Part shown: positions 22,753 through 32,340 of the stretch, piece after piece
How positions within the stretch are numbered: position 1 is the stretch's first letter
How the letters are laid out: each line of letters opens with the position of its first letter
Assembly: GCA_963822445.1 (NCBI GenBank)
Contig: CAWGHO010000003.1
Location: 832,001-896,000, forward strand
DNA: 64,000 nt
DNA from: an uncultured Acidobacteriota bacterium
GTDB lineage: Bacteria; Acidobacteriota; Thermoanaerobaculia; Gp7-AA8
Direction of reading: 5' to 3'
Notes under the pieces: model-generated
Told to the model about the DNA's origin: nothing
Database searches by the model: none
The model's input: only the letters and a program-made list of their open reading frames with translations
Translations under genes and position numbers: made by a program

Positions 22753-24582
22753 ATGCGCGTCCATTCTCTTGCCGTACCTCTGCTCGCACTGTGTCTTTTG
22801 ACAGGCGCCGTCTCCGCACAGGAGTCGATGCGCGTCTCGCCGACCACCATCCGCCCGGGCGATGAAGGCTTCCTCGCGATCTTCGTGAGCGGCCTGAGCT
22901 CCCTGGACCTGATCACGGTCACGTTCAACGGGCCGGCCGGTCAGTTCACCCTCGAGCCGAGCTACGTCGATGCGAACCAGATCATCACGTACGTTCCGCT
23001 CGAGATCATGGTCACGGAAGGCCGCTACTCGGTCGACGTGTACGTGCAGCGCGGAGAGCTCACGCAGCACTTCGGCCCCGGCTTCTTCGACGTCGAGGTC
23101 CCTGAGAACGAGCCGGATCCGTTCTACCTGGTTCTTCCCGAATCCATCGTCGCCGAAGCTACGTCGCTCGACGGCACCAAGGTCGACTTCGAGGCCCTGA
23201 CGAACACCGGTGCCGCGGCTACATGCACGCCGGCCTCGGGCTCGAACTTCCCGCTGGGCGGGACGGTCGTGCAGTGCTCGGCGACGAACGGCGCCGGCCA
23301 GACCGCGCAAGGCTCATTCCCGCTCTTCGTCGTGGACACGACCCCGCCGGTGATCACCGTTCCGGAGTCGTTCACCTCCACGAATCCGGTCACGTACACG
23401 GTGACCGCGACCGATACGCTCGATCCGAATCCGACGGTCGTCTGCCACCCGCCGTCGGGTAGCACGCTGCCGGGCGGCGTGAACAAGATCAACTGCTACG
23501 CATACGATCACCAGCTGAACTACGCCTTCGGTTCCTTCACGGTGACGGTGCCCGGTGGTCCTCCGGCGCTGAACCTGCCGGACGACATCCAGGCCGAAGC
23601 GAGCAGCGCCGCCGGCGCGGTCGTGACGTTCGACGTTTCGGCCACCGACAACGCCGAACTGTCCTGCAGCCACGCTTCCGGCGCGACGTTCCCGCTCGGC
23701 GAGACGATCGTGAGCTGCTCGGCTACGACTCAAAACGGCACGACCACCGGGGCCTTCAAGATCCTGGTGTTCGACTTCACCGCGCCGGTTCTGACCGTCC
23801 CTGCTGACTTCACGGTCGGCGCGACGGGGCCGTCCGGTGCGGTCGTGACCTTCGTGACCTCCGCGACGGACACGGTCGACAGCAACCCGACTATCGTCTG
23901 CCTGCCGGCCTCCGGCGCCACGTTCCCGATCGGCACGACTCTCGTGGTGTGCTACGCGTACGACGACTTCGGCAACACCGACTTCAACGAGTTCCGGGTG
24001 ACGGTGATCGAAACGCCGCCGCCGGTGCTCACGGTTCCGAGCGACATGACCGTCGAGGCCACCGGCCCGGGCGGCGCTACGGTGACCTTCACCGCCACGG
24101 CCACCAACGACGGCGTCGTCACCTGCACGCCTGCGTCGGGCTCGCTGTTCCCGCTCGGCACGACCACGGTCTCCTGCACCGCAACGAACGCGGGCGGCAG
24201 CGACACGGAAACGTTCAAGATCAACGTCGTCGACACGACGGCGCCGATCATCATCCTGGTCAAGCCGTCCCTGGTGGCGCTGTGGCCGCCGGATCACAAG
24301 ATGGTTCCGATCACGGTCACCGTGGTCGCCATCGACGCCGTCGATCTCGATCCGACCTCAGTCATCACCTCGGTCACCTCGAACCAGCCCGACAACGGCA
24401 CGGGCGACGGCGACACCCCGGGCGACTGGGAGATCACCGGTCCGCTCACCGTCGACCTGCGTGCCGAGCGTTCGGGTACGCAGGACCGCATTTACACGAT
24501 CACCGTCGAGACCACCGACGCCAGCGGCAACACGTCGACCGCCACGACGACCGTCCGCGTGACCCAGTCGCGGCGGCGCTAA
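22753..24582 (+). CDS. Secreted HYR-repeat protein
   Basis: Signal peptide; five repeats of C.P.SG..FP.G.T.V.C; C-terminal LWPPDHKM...LRAER...R.YTI domain. Confidence 0.88.
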   Translation: MRVHSLAVPLLALCLLTGAVSAQESMRVSPTTIRPGDEGFLAIFVSGLSSLDLITVTFNGPAGQFTLEPSYVDANQIITYVPLEIMVTEGRYSVDVYVQRGELTQHFGPGFFDVEVPENEPDPFYLVLPESIVAEATSLDGTKVDFEALTNTGAAATCTPASGSNFPLGGTVVQCSATNGAGQTAQGSFPLFVVDTTPPVITVPESFTSTNPVTYTVTATDTLDPNPTVVCHPPSGSTLPGGVNKINCYAYDHQLNYAFGSFTVTVPGGPPALNLPDDIQAEASSAAGAVVTFDVSATDNAELSCSHASGATFPLGETIVSCSATTQNGTTTGAFKILVFDFTAPVLTVPADFTVGATGPSGAVVTFVTSATDTVDSNPTIVCLPASGATFPIGTTLVVCYAYDDFGNTDFNEFRVTVIETPPPVLTVPSDMTVEATGPGGATVTFTATATNDGVVTCTPASGSLFPLGTTTVSCTATNAGGSDTETFKINVVDTTAPIIILVKPSLVALWPPDHKMVPITVTVVAIDAVDLDPTSVITSVTSNQPDNGTGDGDTPGDWEITGPLTVDLRAERSGTQDRIYTITVETTDASGNTSTATTTVRVTQSRRR

Positions 24583-24596
24583 ACTGCCTTCTTTCC

Positions 24597-24629
24597 GGCG
24601 AGGGATCTCCTGACACGAGATCCCTCGCC
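24597..24629. repeat. 13 bp perfect hairpin (REP-like or terminator)
   Basis: GGCGAGGGATCTC-ctgacac-GAGATCCCTCGCC just after the HYR stop; core resembles the 10846 element; no U-tract. Confidence 0.6.
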
Positions 24630-24675
24630 CGGTTCCGGAACCATCGAAAGCGGCGGATATAATCGCGCTCCCTCG

Positions 24676-25825
24676 ATGGGCCTTTCCGGCAACCTCCGAA
24701 CGATGCTTCCCGGCGATCTGCTCCAATGGCTCAGCCTTGGACAGAAGACGGGTACGCTCGTGATCTCCAACAAGCGCGTCGAGAAGAAGATCTTTTTCCG
24801 CACCGGCCGGGTGATCTCCTCCGCCTCCAACGACCCCCGCGAGTACCTCGGCCAGTTCCTCATGAGCCACGGCTATCTCGAGCGAGCCGGAGCTGAAGAA
24901 GGCCATGGAGGTCCAGACCCAGTCGGGAATCCTCCTCGGCAAGATCCTGGTGATGATCGACGTCATCGGCGAGAAGGATCTGCAGCGGCTGATGCGGCTG
25001 AAGGCGGAAGAAGAGATCTACGACATCTTCCTGTGGGAGGACGGCGACTTCTATTTCATCGACGACCAGCTTCCGCAGATGGAGATGATCCCGCTGCAGG
25101 TCGACGTCACCGGAATCATCATGGAAGGGACGCGCCGCGTCGACGAATGGGCGCGCATCCGCGAGGTCGTTCCCAACGACACCGTGATCCCGCTGACGGT
25201 GAAGGACATCGATCCGACCGAGCTCGAGGAGCACGAGCTGCTGATCGCGCGCGCGATCGACGGCAAGCGCAGCATCGCCGAGATCGTGCTGGAGAGCCGT
25301 TCCTCGGAGTTCGCGGTGTCAGGAACGGTGAGCACGCTCGTGCGGCAGGGCGCGGTGGATCTCCTCGATCCGGCGGTGAAGGCCGCGCCCGCGGAGGCTG
25401 ACGTTCCGGTCGTGCCCGCGGCTCGGCCGGAGTTCAACGAAGACGACGAGATCGTGTCGCTGCTGACCGGCGCGCAGAACGCGCTGCGCTCGCGCGACTA
25501 CGAAAAGACCCAGCGCCTCCTCCGCGCGGCGCAGAACCTCGATCCGAATCATCCGAAGGTCCGCAGCGCCATCAGAGGCGCCGAGACGGTCATCCTCGGC
25601 GAGCTCCGCAATCAGGGTCTGATGGACTCGAAAGTCCCGAAGGTGGCCCGGTCACTGGAAGACATCACCCAGATGAACTTCTCCCCGAACGAAGGCTTCA
25701 TCCTCTCGCGCATCAACGGGACCTGGGACATCGGCTCGCTGATCAAGATCAGCCCCATCCGCGAGACCGACGCGATGCTCATCTTTCACAAGCTGTGGAA
25801 AGACGGGATCATCGCGCTGGACTGA
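24676..25825 (+). CDS. DUF4388 domain protein (one +1 frameshift near 24880)
   Basis: L.GNL....PGDLLQWL....KTG.L...F..G; removing one base in ctcGagc joins YL to SEPELKKAMEVQ and the 24905 ORF. Confidence 0.85.
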
Positions 25826-25826
25826 G

Positions 25827-26279
25827 CTACTCGAGTCCCACCGCCGCCCGCAGCTCGACTTCCAGCGTGTTCATCTCCCCCGAATCCGTCTCGTGGTCGT
25901 AGCCAAGCGCGTGCAGAACGCCGTGCAGGATCAGGTAGCGGAGCTCCGTCGCCAGCGAATGCTTTTCGTCCGCGGCCTGGCGGCGGGCCTGGTCGAGGGA
26001 GATGACGATGTCGCCGAGGGGGCGGCCTTTCGACGAGGGGTCGGCGTAGGAGTCGTCGGCGGGGAAGGTGAGCACGTCCGTCGTTTTGTTTTTGCGGCGG
26101 AACTTGCGATTGAGTCCGGCCATGGTCTCGTCATCGACCAGCGCGATCGACGCCTCGGTGATCTCCCGCTCGATACGGTTCATCTTCTCGAGCGCGAGCA
26201 GGACCTTCCGCGCGAACTCCGCGATCTCGCGGCGGCTGAAACGGGGAACCGCTGGCCCGGTGACCTCGACCTTGCTCAC
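25827..26279 (-). CDS. ybeY: rRNA maturation endoribonuclease YbeY
   Basis: LN..FR.K...TDVL.F, LGDIVIS, HGVLHALGYDH; GTGA overlap with the phoH stop. Confidence 0.95.
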   Translation of the reverse strand: MSKVEVTGPAVPRFSRREIAEFARKVLLALEKMNRIEREITEASIALVDDETMAGLNRKFRRKNKTTDVLTFPADDSYADPSSKGRPLGDIVISLDQARRQAADEKHSLATELRYLILHGVLHALGYDHETDSGEMNTLEVELRAAVGLE

Positions 26280-27265
26280 GAAGCCGGCGCCTCGTCCTTT
26301 TTCTTCGACGCGTCCCACTTGTCGTAGGCGGTGACGATCTTGCCGACCAGCGGATGGCGAACGACGTCCTTGTCGCTGAAGTCGAAGAACTTCAATCCTT
26401 CCACGCCGTCGAGGATGCGCCGCACTTCGCGCAGGCCTGACTTCTTCCCGTCGGGTAGATCGACCTGGGTGATGTCGCCGGTGACGACGGCTTTGGAGCC
26501 GAATCCGAGGCGGGTGAGGAACATCTTCATCTGCTCGGGAGTCGTGTTCTGGGCCTCGTCGAGAATGATGAACGCGTCGTTGAGCGTGCGTCCGCGCATG
26601 AACGCGAGCGGCGCGATCTCGATGATGCTCCGCTCCATCAGCTTCTCCACTTTCTCGAAGCCGATGATGTCGTACAGCGAGTCGTACAGCGGGCGGAGGT
26701 AGGGATTGACCTTCTCGGCGATGTCGCCGGGGAGGAATCCGAGACGCTCACCCGCTTCGACGGCGGGACGGCAGAGGATGATCCGCTTGATTTCCTTGGC
26801 CTGCAGCGAAGCCGCGGCCGCGGCGACGGCGAGGTAGGTCTTGCCCGTGCCGGCCGGACCCACGCCGAAGACGATGTCCATGTCGTTGATGTGCTGCAGA
26901 TAAAGCTTCTGGGCCATGTTGCGCGGCGTGACCACGCGGCGCACGGCGGAGCCGACCTTGTCGTCGGTGAAGAACTCGATCAGGTTCGCGTCCGGTTTGT
27001 CTCGCGCGACGCGCACGCCCGTCAGGACGTCGGACTTCTTCATCGGATAACCCTGGGCGATCAGCGACTGCAGCTCGTTGATCACCTTCTCGACGGGAGC
27101 GAGGCTGTCCGGGGCGCCGCTGACGAAGATCTCGTTGCCACGTGAAGAGATCTTCACGTCGAAGGCGTCCTCGATCATGCGGAGATTTTCGTCGTGGCTG
27201 CCGAAGAGGGTATGGGTCTGCTGTTCGTCCAGGGTCAGTTCTATGGTCGTTTTCTGATCTGCCAT
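26276..27265 (-). CDS. phoH: PhoH-like ATPase (YbeZ)
   Basis: GPAGTGKT, RPAVEAGERLGFLPG, MRGRT, DEAQN, GD.TQ.DLP, VVRHPLV. Confidence 0.96.
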   Translation of the reverse strand: MADQKTTIELTLDEQQTHTLFGSHDENLRMIEDAFDVKISSRGNEIFVSGAPDSLAPVEKVINELQSLIAQGYPMKKSDVLTGVRVARDKPDANLIEFFTDDKVGSAVRRVVTPRNMAQKLYLQHINDMDIVFGVGPAGTGKTYLAVAAAAASLQAKEIKRIILCRPAVEAGERLGFLPGDIAEKVNPYLRPLYDSLYDIIGFEKVEKLMERSIIEIAPLAFMRGRTLNDAFIILDEAQNTTPEQMKMFLTRLGFGSKAVVTGDITQVDLPDGKKSGLREVRRILDGVEGLKFFDFSDKDVVRHPLVGKIVTAYDKWDASKKKDEAPAS

Positions 27266-27271
27266 GCAACC

Positions 27272-27811
27272 TCAGGTAATGAAAAAAGTGATCCAGACCT
27301 CGCCGTACTCGGCGCGGCGGTCGAATTTCAGCTGGTTCAACGCTGCGGTGAAGGGCTCCGTGCGCCGGCGATGCTCGATGGCCACTACCGCGGCGGGAGC
27401 GAGAGTCAGGTGTTTGTCCAGGGAGATCAACAGGTCGTCGTACCGGTCGTAAGCGTATGGCGGATCGGCGTAAACCACGTCAAAAACTTCGCCCTGGAGA
27501 CGCTCGATCCCGGGCATGACGTCAGCGGTTACCGTGCGGACCTGGACGCCGAACTCCCTGGCCAGCCGCTCGATGTCGGCATTTCCCTTCCGCGAAAAGT
27601 CGACGGCCACCGCTTCGGCCGCACCGCGTGAGAGTGCCTCGAAGGAAAAGATCCCGCTGCCGGCGAAGAGATCGAGAAACTTCGCGCCATCGATGCGCTC
27701 GCCGACGATGTTGAAGAAGGCCTGCCGCGCGCGCTCGGAGGTCGGCCGGACGTCCTGCTTTGGAACGGGGATGCGGCGGCCTCGAAGGGTGCCCGCGGTC
27801 ACGCGAATCAT
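27272..27811 (-). CDS. rsmD: 16S rRNA m2G966 methyltransferase
   Basis: RPT..R.R.A.FN, LDLFAGSG...EALSRGA, DPPY. Confidence 0.93.
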   Translation of the reverse strand: MIRVTAGTLRGRRIPVPKQDVRPTSERARQAFFNIVGERIDGAKFLDLFAGSGIFSFEALSRGAAEAVAVDFSRKGNADIERLAREFGVQVRTVTADVMPGIERLQGEVFDVVYADPPYAYDRYDDLLISLDKHLTLAPAAVVAIEHRRRTEPFTAALNQLKFDRRAEYGEVWITFFIT

Positions 27812-27815
27812 GGGT

Positions 27816-27906
27816 GGTAGGCGGTGGGCGGTAGGCGGTAGGCGGGAGAACGGCGTACTGACGGCTGCGAGGTCCCCCGCCTACCGCCTACCGCAAACCG
27901 CCTACT
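27816..27906. repeat. Inverted heptamer tandem arrays (GGTAGGC)x4 ... (GCCTACC)x4
   Basis: Units read directly at 27816-27843 and 27879-27906. Confidence 0.9.
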
Positions 27907-28658
27907 CACTTCGGCCTGGCTCCCACGAAGTACTGATGCAGGTCCTTCTTGGCGATATAGACCGTCGTCGGTGCCGACAGGCACTTCAGCTCGACGACGC
28001 CATTCGGTTCGGCGACGCGGATGACGCGGTAGATCTTCTGGTCGTCAGCAACCAGCTCGTCGCCGGGCTTCGGCTCGTATCCCGCGACGCTGCTGGTCAC
28101 GTCGCGATCCTCGGAGATGGCCCGAAGCAGGTCGCGCAGCGGGGAGATGGGGCGATGGAGCGTCTTGGGAAGGACGTGGCCCGGATCAAAGACGCGCTCC
28201 ACGAACGCGCCTTCCTTGTCGTAGACCCGCAACTGCGCGCGACGGGTTGGTTTCGGAGCGGCGAGCGATTTCTGATCGATCTTGCCGAGGACTTCGATCG
28301 ATGCGGCTTTCATGTAAGCCTCGAGCGCGTCGGCGGGGATGATCACTTTCTTGCGGATGGACGAGGCGCCGGTCATGTTCACCACGACGAGGCCGCCTTC
28401 GAAGATCGAGATGCGCTGGTGCACGTCGTCGGAGACGGCGACGTAGTCGATGAGCGGCTTCGGCAGGCGCCCGTCGATCAGCTGTGACCCGATGGCCTGG
28501 ATCGCTCCCGCCAGATCGGGAACGTCGTACTTTTTCATCGGCTTGCGCGGGCCGGGCGTGGCGATCGCGGCATCGGGCGGCGCGGGCTCGACTTTGGTGA
28601 TGTCGTGCTGCGCGTTCGCGGTGAACGCAACGAGGACCGCGATCAGCAGCAGGCGCAT
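27906..28658 (-). CDS. Hypothetical secreted protein
   Basis: Signal peptide ending ANA-Q; typical codon usage; no family recognised. Confidence 0.75.
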   Translation of the reverse strand: MRLLLIAVLVAFTANAQHDITKVEPAPPDAAIATPGPRKPMKKYDVPDLAGAIQAIGSQLIDGRLPKPLIDYVAVSDDVHQRISIFEGGLVVVNMTGASSIRKKVIIPADALEAYMKAASIEVLGKIDQKSLAAPKPTRRAQLRVYDKEGAFVERVFDPGHVLPKTLHRPISPLRDLLRAISEDRDVTSSVAGYEPKPGDELVADDQKIYRVIRVAEPNGVVELKCLSAPTTVYIAKKDLHQYFVGARPK

Positions 28659-28675
28659 GGAAGGATGATACGCGG

Positions 28676-29899
28676 TTATTGCTGAGGATCGTCCAGCAGC
28701 CGCTTCGCGACTTCACGCGCATACGACCGCGCTTCTTCCGGGGCGATGTCGCCGTTCCAGACAGCCTCGCGAGTCTGCTCGAGCGCTTTGGCGACGTGCG
28801 GTCCGCCGGGCACTTCGAGATCGTTGCCGCGCAGCGGCAGTTTGAATTCCTCGAACTCCCGCCAGCGGGCGATCAATGGCGCTTCGGCGGGACGCTCAAT
28901 GGCGATGACGGCGAGCATTTCCGGCGAGACACCGCGATAAAGACGGAAGCGCCGAGCATCGTCCGGCGCATCCGCCAGCGACTCTTCGAATCGCGGCACT
29001 TCGTTCGCGATCTCCACGACGGCGCGGCCCCGCTTCTGCGAAAAGCCGGAGCCTTCGAAATCGACAGGGGAGGCGTCGCCGCGAAGGAGGACGCCGGTGT
29101 AAATCACGTAGCGATCGAGCTCGGAATTACCCGCGAGCTGCTCATGCACGCGCTCCAACTGCTTCTGCAGGTTTTCGCTGCGGCGCGGCCCGAACAGGAC
29201 CTCGAGCGCCCCTTCGCGTGCCAGGGCGGCCAGCACTCTCGGCGCTTCCTGTTCGTCCATCGCCAGAAACAGCTCCCGCCAGATGCGCTCGCGCGAGACC
29301 GTGCCGAGGGCGTTGGCCTCGATGGCTTCGCGCATCAGCTTCGCCGTATCGGGATGGATCTCGAATCCGAGGCGCGTCGCGAGGCGGATGGCGCGGAAGA
29401 TCCGGGTGGGATCGTCGATGAAGCTGCGGTCGTGCAGGACGCGGACGACGCCGTCGCGGATGTCCCGCGCGCCATGCGCCGGATCGTGAATCTTGCCGTC
29501 GAGCAGATCGAGGGCCACGGCATTGATGCTGAAGTCGCGGCGAAGGAGGTCGTCCTTGAGACGGCCGGCAGTTACCGCCGGAAGAGCTCCCGGCTGGCGG
29601 TAACGCTCCTTGCGCGCGGTGGCGATGTCGATCTCCGGCATGCCCTGCGCGGTGACTTTGTAGGTCAGGAACTGCGGAAAGGAGCGAACCCGCCCTTCGA
29701 TCTTCTTGGCCAGCGCCCGGGCCAGCGTGGAGCCGCCTTCCTCCAAGGTCAGGTCGACGTCGATGGCGTGGCGGCCTAAGAGGAGGTCGCGGACCGGGCC
29801 GCCGACGAGATACGGGCGGCACTCCTTCTCCACGGCGACCTCTTTGACCAGGTCGATGGCGCGTTTCTGTGGATAGGGCAGGTCTAGAAGCGGTTTCAT
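28676..29899 (-). CDS. Class II tRNA nucleotidyltransferase (CCA/A-adding type)
   Basis: VGGPVRD, DVD, ATARKE.Y..PGALP.V, DL.RRDFSINA, SF.DDPTR, RE.I..EL. Confidence 0.92.
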   Translation of the reverse strand: MKPLLDLPYPQKRAIDLVKEVAVEKECRPYLVGGPVRDLLLGRHAIDVDLTLEEGGSTLARALAKKIEGRVRSFPQFLTYKVTAQGMPEIDIATARKERYRQPGALPAVTAGRLKDDLLRRDFSINAVALDLLDGKIHDPAHGARDIRDGVVRVLHDRSFIDDPTRIFRAIRLATRLGFEIHPDTAKLMREAIEANALGTVSRERIWRELFLAMDEQEAPRVLAALAREGALEVLFGPRRSENLQKQLERVHEQLAGNSELDRYVIYTGVLLRGDASPVDFEGSGFSQKRGRAVVEIANEVPRFEESLADAPDDARRFRLYRGVSPEMLAVIAIERPAEAPLIARWREFEEFKLPLRGNDLEVPGGPHVAKALEQTREAVWNGDIAPEEARSYAREVAKRLLDDPQQ

Positions 29900-30687
29900 T
29901 GGATGAGCGTCTGGTACATGTGCAGCAGCACGCGAAGGCGCTGACTCGCCCTGAATTTTCCTGCCGTTTGCCGTGCTGCCGCTACCTTGTTCGAAGCCAC
30001 CTCTGGTTTGAACAGGGCGGACAGTATCGCATGAGTCATCTCGTTGGGATCGCCGGGTGGAACGAGCAAACCGGTGCGTCCCTGTTCGAGCCTGGCGGCG
30101 TTCACGGGCGTCCTCGACGCAACTACCGGCAGCCCCACGACTAACGCCTCGGCGACGAATCCGTCGTAGTCATTTTCCGAGGCCGCCGGGTCGACCCAGA
30201 GGTCTACACGGGATAGATCTTCGGGGGTCGGAACGTGATCGAAAAGGCGCCAGGTGACGTCGTCGCGCACGCGCTGAATTCTGGCCAGGCTCTGCTCGAC
30301 GATCCGGCGGACGGACTCCCTTCCGAATGTGCCGACGACTTTGCCCGCTTGCCGCGTGAACTCTCGTTTTTCAAAGTACGCAACTTCAACCGCTTCAGGA
30401 AGTTCCAGCGGCGTGACCACGTAGCCGGGCGGCACCGGCTTGCGGAACGACCAGCGCGAGCTTTTGAGGTTTGCGGAGGCAACGTAGGGGATCGGGAACC
30501 CAACGAAAGCGCGGGCCGGCAGCTCGGTTGAAGCGTAGATGTGAGCGACCTGCGCGCCGCTTCCGGCGACCTCATCGAGAGACGTGGCGAGGACCTCGTG
30601 ACGCTCCGCGAGCGCCGCCGAATCGACCCGTTGCGACTTGCGCTCGTACTCCGACGCATCCGCCAAAACGACCTGGGCTATCCGCAT
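29896..30687 (-). CDS. Glycosyltransferase family 4-like protein (short)
   Basis: C-terminal EA...GLPVVAS...G.TGLLVPPGD signature; ATGA overlap with the nucleotidyltransferase. Confidence 0.75.
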   Translation of the reverse strand: MRIAQVVLADASEYERKSQRVDSAALAERHEVLATSLDEVAGSGAQVAHIYASTELPARAFVGFPIPYVASANLKSSRWSFRKPVPPGYVVTPLELPEAVEVAYFEKREFTRQAGKVVGTFGRESVRRIVEQSLARIQRVRDDVTWRLFDHVPTPEDLSRVDLWVDPAASENDYDGFVAEALVVGLPVVASRTPVNAARLEQGRTGLLVPPGDPNEMTHAILSALFKPEVASNKVAAARQTAGKFRASQRLRVLLHMYQTLIQ

Positions 30688-30696
30688 GGGCGTAGA

Positions 30697-31995
30697 ATGA
30701 ACAACTTACGCGCCATGATCTCGCAGGCCGGCATCTATAGCGACCGCGGCGACCTCATCGATCTGTTGCGGCAACGCTGCCCCGACTGGACGTTCGAGCC
30801 GGAGGGAGAACCGCGCGACGCCTGCCGTATCGCCGTTGCCGATGCGGGGACCGAACGCCCGTCCGGTAAAAGCGTCGTTCGGATCATGCTGACCGAGGAC
30901 AGTGCAGGGCCGGAGCGGCGGAAGGGCGAGCTGCTGATCGATCGCCAGACCTTTCTCGCCGGCCCGCGCGATTACCTCGCCTTCGCCGCCGATCTTGCCG
31001 ACGCCGCGGTGCATGCGTCATCGCTCGAGCAGGAGACGTCGTACCTCCGCCAGATTCACGAACTGATGACGATGGTGGAGGCGGAGTCGGTATCGGAGCG
31101 GATCACCTCCACGGTCCTCGAGCTTCTCGACCTCGAGATCGGCACGCTGTTTCTCCACGACCCGCGACTCGAACGTTACGTGGTGAGCTACACCAACGAT
31201 CCCGGCTACGAAGAGACCTCGGAGTTTCTGCCTGGGATCCCGCCCGACGTGCTGCAGCAGGCGCTGTCCTCTCCGGATCTCTTCGCGGTCGCGTCGGGGA
31301 TGATGATCATGCCCCTGCAGGTCCGCGAGGACCTTCTCGGCGTGATCAAGGTCCCGCTGCCCGACGACAAGGCACTCACCGCAGAAAGAACAGCGGCCGT
31401 GACGAAGTACCTCGGCGCAGTCGCGCAGGTCCTGAGCAACATCTATCAGCTCACCCGCAGCCGCGACCTGGCCATGCGCGACGACCTGACCAAGGCATAC
31501 AACCGCCGCTTTTTCGAGACCTACCTCGACGAGGAGATCGAGCGCTCCCGCCGCTACGGCACGCTGTTCAGCGTGATCTTCCTCGACCTCGATGACTTGA
31601 AGATGGTGAACAGTTTCTACGGTCACCTGAGCGGCTCGAGGACGTTGCAGGAAGTAGCCAAGCGAATTCTCAGCGCCGTCCGCGGCATCGACAAAGTGGT
31701 TCGCTTCGGCGGCGATGAGTTCTGCGTGATCCTCCCCCAGACCGATCAGGACCAGGCGATCCTCGTTGCGAACCGCATCGCCCGCTCGATTACCGCCAGC
31801 CCTCTGACGATCGATTCGAACGTCGCCGTGTCCATCACGGCCAGCTTCGGCATCGCTACGTACCCGATCCACGCCATGACCAAAGAAGCCCTGATCCGCC
31901 AGGCCGACGCCGCGATGTACCGCGTGAAGTCGACGACGAAGAATGCGGTGGGGGTGGCGGTGGTGGAGGCGGGGTCGGTGGGCGGGCGCGGTTAG
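30697..31995 (+). CDS. GAF-GGDEF diguanylate cyclase
   Basis: DDLT..YNRR, DLD.LK.VN..YGH, RGID (RxxD I-site), RFGGDEF; start 30697 or 30715. Confidence 0.92.
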   Translation: MNNLRAMISQAGIYSDRGDLIDLLRQRCPDWTFEPEGEPRDACRIAVADAGTERPSGKSVVRIMLTEDSAGPERRKGELLIDRQTFLAGPRDYLAFAADLADAAVHASSLEQETSYLRQIHELMTMVEAESVSERITSTVLELLDLEIGTLFLHDPRLERYVVSYTNDPGYEETSEFLPGIPPDVLQQALSSPDLFAVASGMMIMPLQVREDLLGVIKVPLPDDKALTAERTAAVTKYLGAVAQVLSNIYQLTRSRDLAMRDDLTKAYNRRFFETYLDEEIERSRRYGTLFSVIFLDLDDLKMVNSFYGHLSGSRTLQEVAKRILSAVRGIDKVVRFGGDEFCVILPQTDQDQAILVANRIARSITASPLTIDSNVAVSITASFGIATYPIHAMTKEALIRQADAAMYRVKSTTKNAVGVAVVEAGSVGGRG

Positions 31996-32045
31996 TAGGC
32001 AGGGCGTAGTGGAAAATCAGGCCGTTGACCGCCTACCGCCTACTG
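31994..32045. repeat. Degenerate heptamer inverted array (GTAGGC / GCCTACC)
   Basis: agtaggcag ... ccgcctaccgcctactg between convergent genes. Confidence 0.55.
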
Positions 32046-32210
32046 CTTTCCCTCGTCTTCCCCCGGCTCCGGCGGCGGTGTGAAGCGGTTCGTGGCCATG
32101 TCATCCGCGAACTCGGCCGGCTGATTGCGCGGCTCGGAGCTGTCGCGGCCCGTGCGCTTGGCCTGGGGAACTGTTTCTTCGCGGGCGTCGTCATCCTTTT
32201 CGTGGGGCAT
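32040..32210 (-). CDS. Small acidic hypothetical protein (56 aa)
   Basis: GAGGAG ribosome-binding site before ATG; MPHEKDDDAREE...; likely disordered. Confidence 0.5.
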   Translation of the reverse strand: MPHEKDDDAREETVPQAKRTGRDSSEPRNQPAEFADDMATNRFTPPPEPGEDEGKQ

Positions 32211-32261
32211 GGTCGTTCTCCTCGTGCCGTGACGGTGCATGGCGGGTGCCTTGCGGCTGAC

Positions 32262-32329
32262 GTGGAGCGCCGCCGTCCCGGCGGCTGGCTCGCCGGCGTC
32301 CCGCCGGCTCCGGAAAACGCCGGCGCTCC
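32262..32329 (+). repeat. GC-rich REP-like element (same family as 16902)
   Basis: GTGGAGCGCCGCCGTCCCGGCGGCTGG...CGCCGGCGCTCC with internal hairpins. Confidence 0.85.
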
Positions 32330-32340
32330 TGAAGCGCGGA

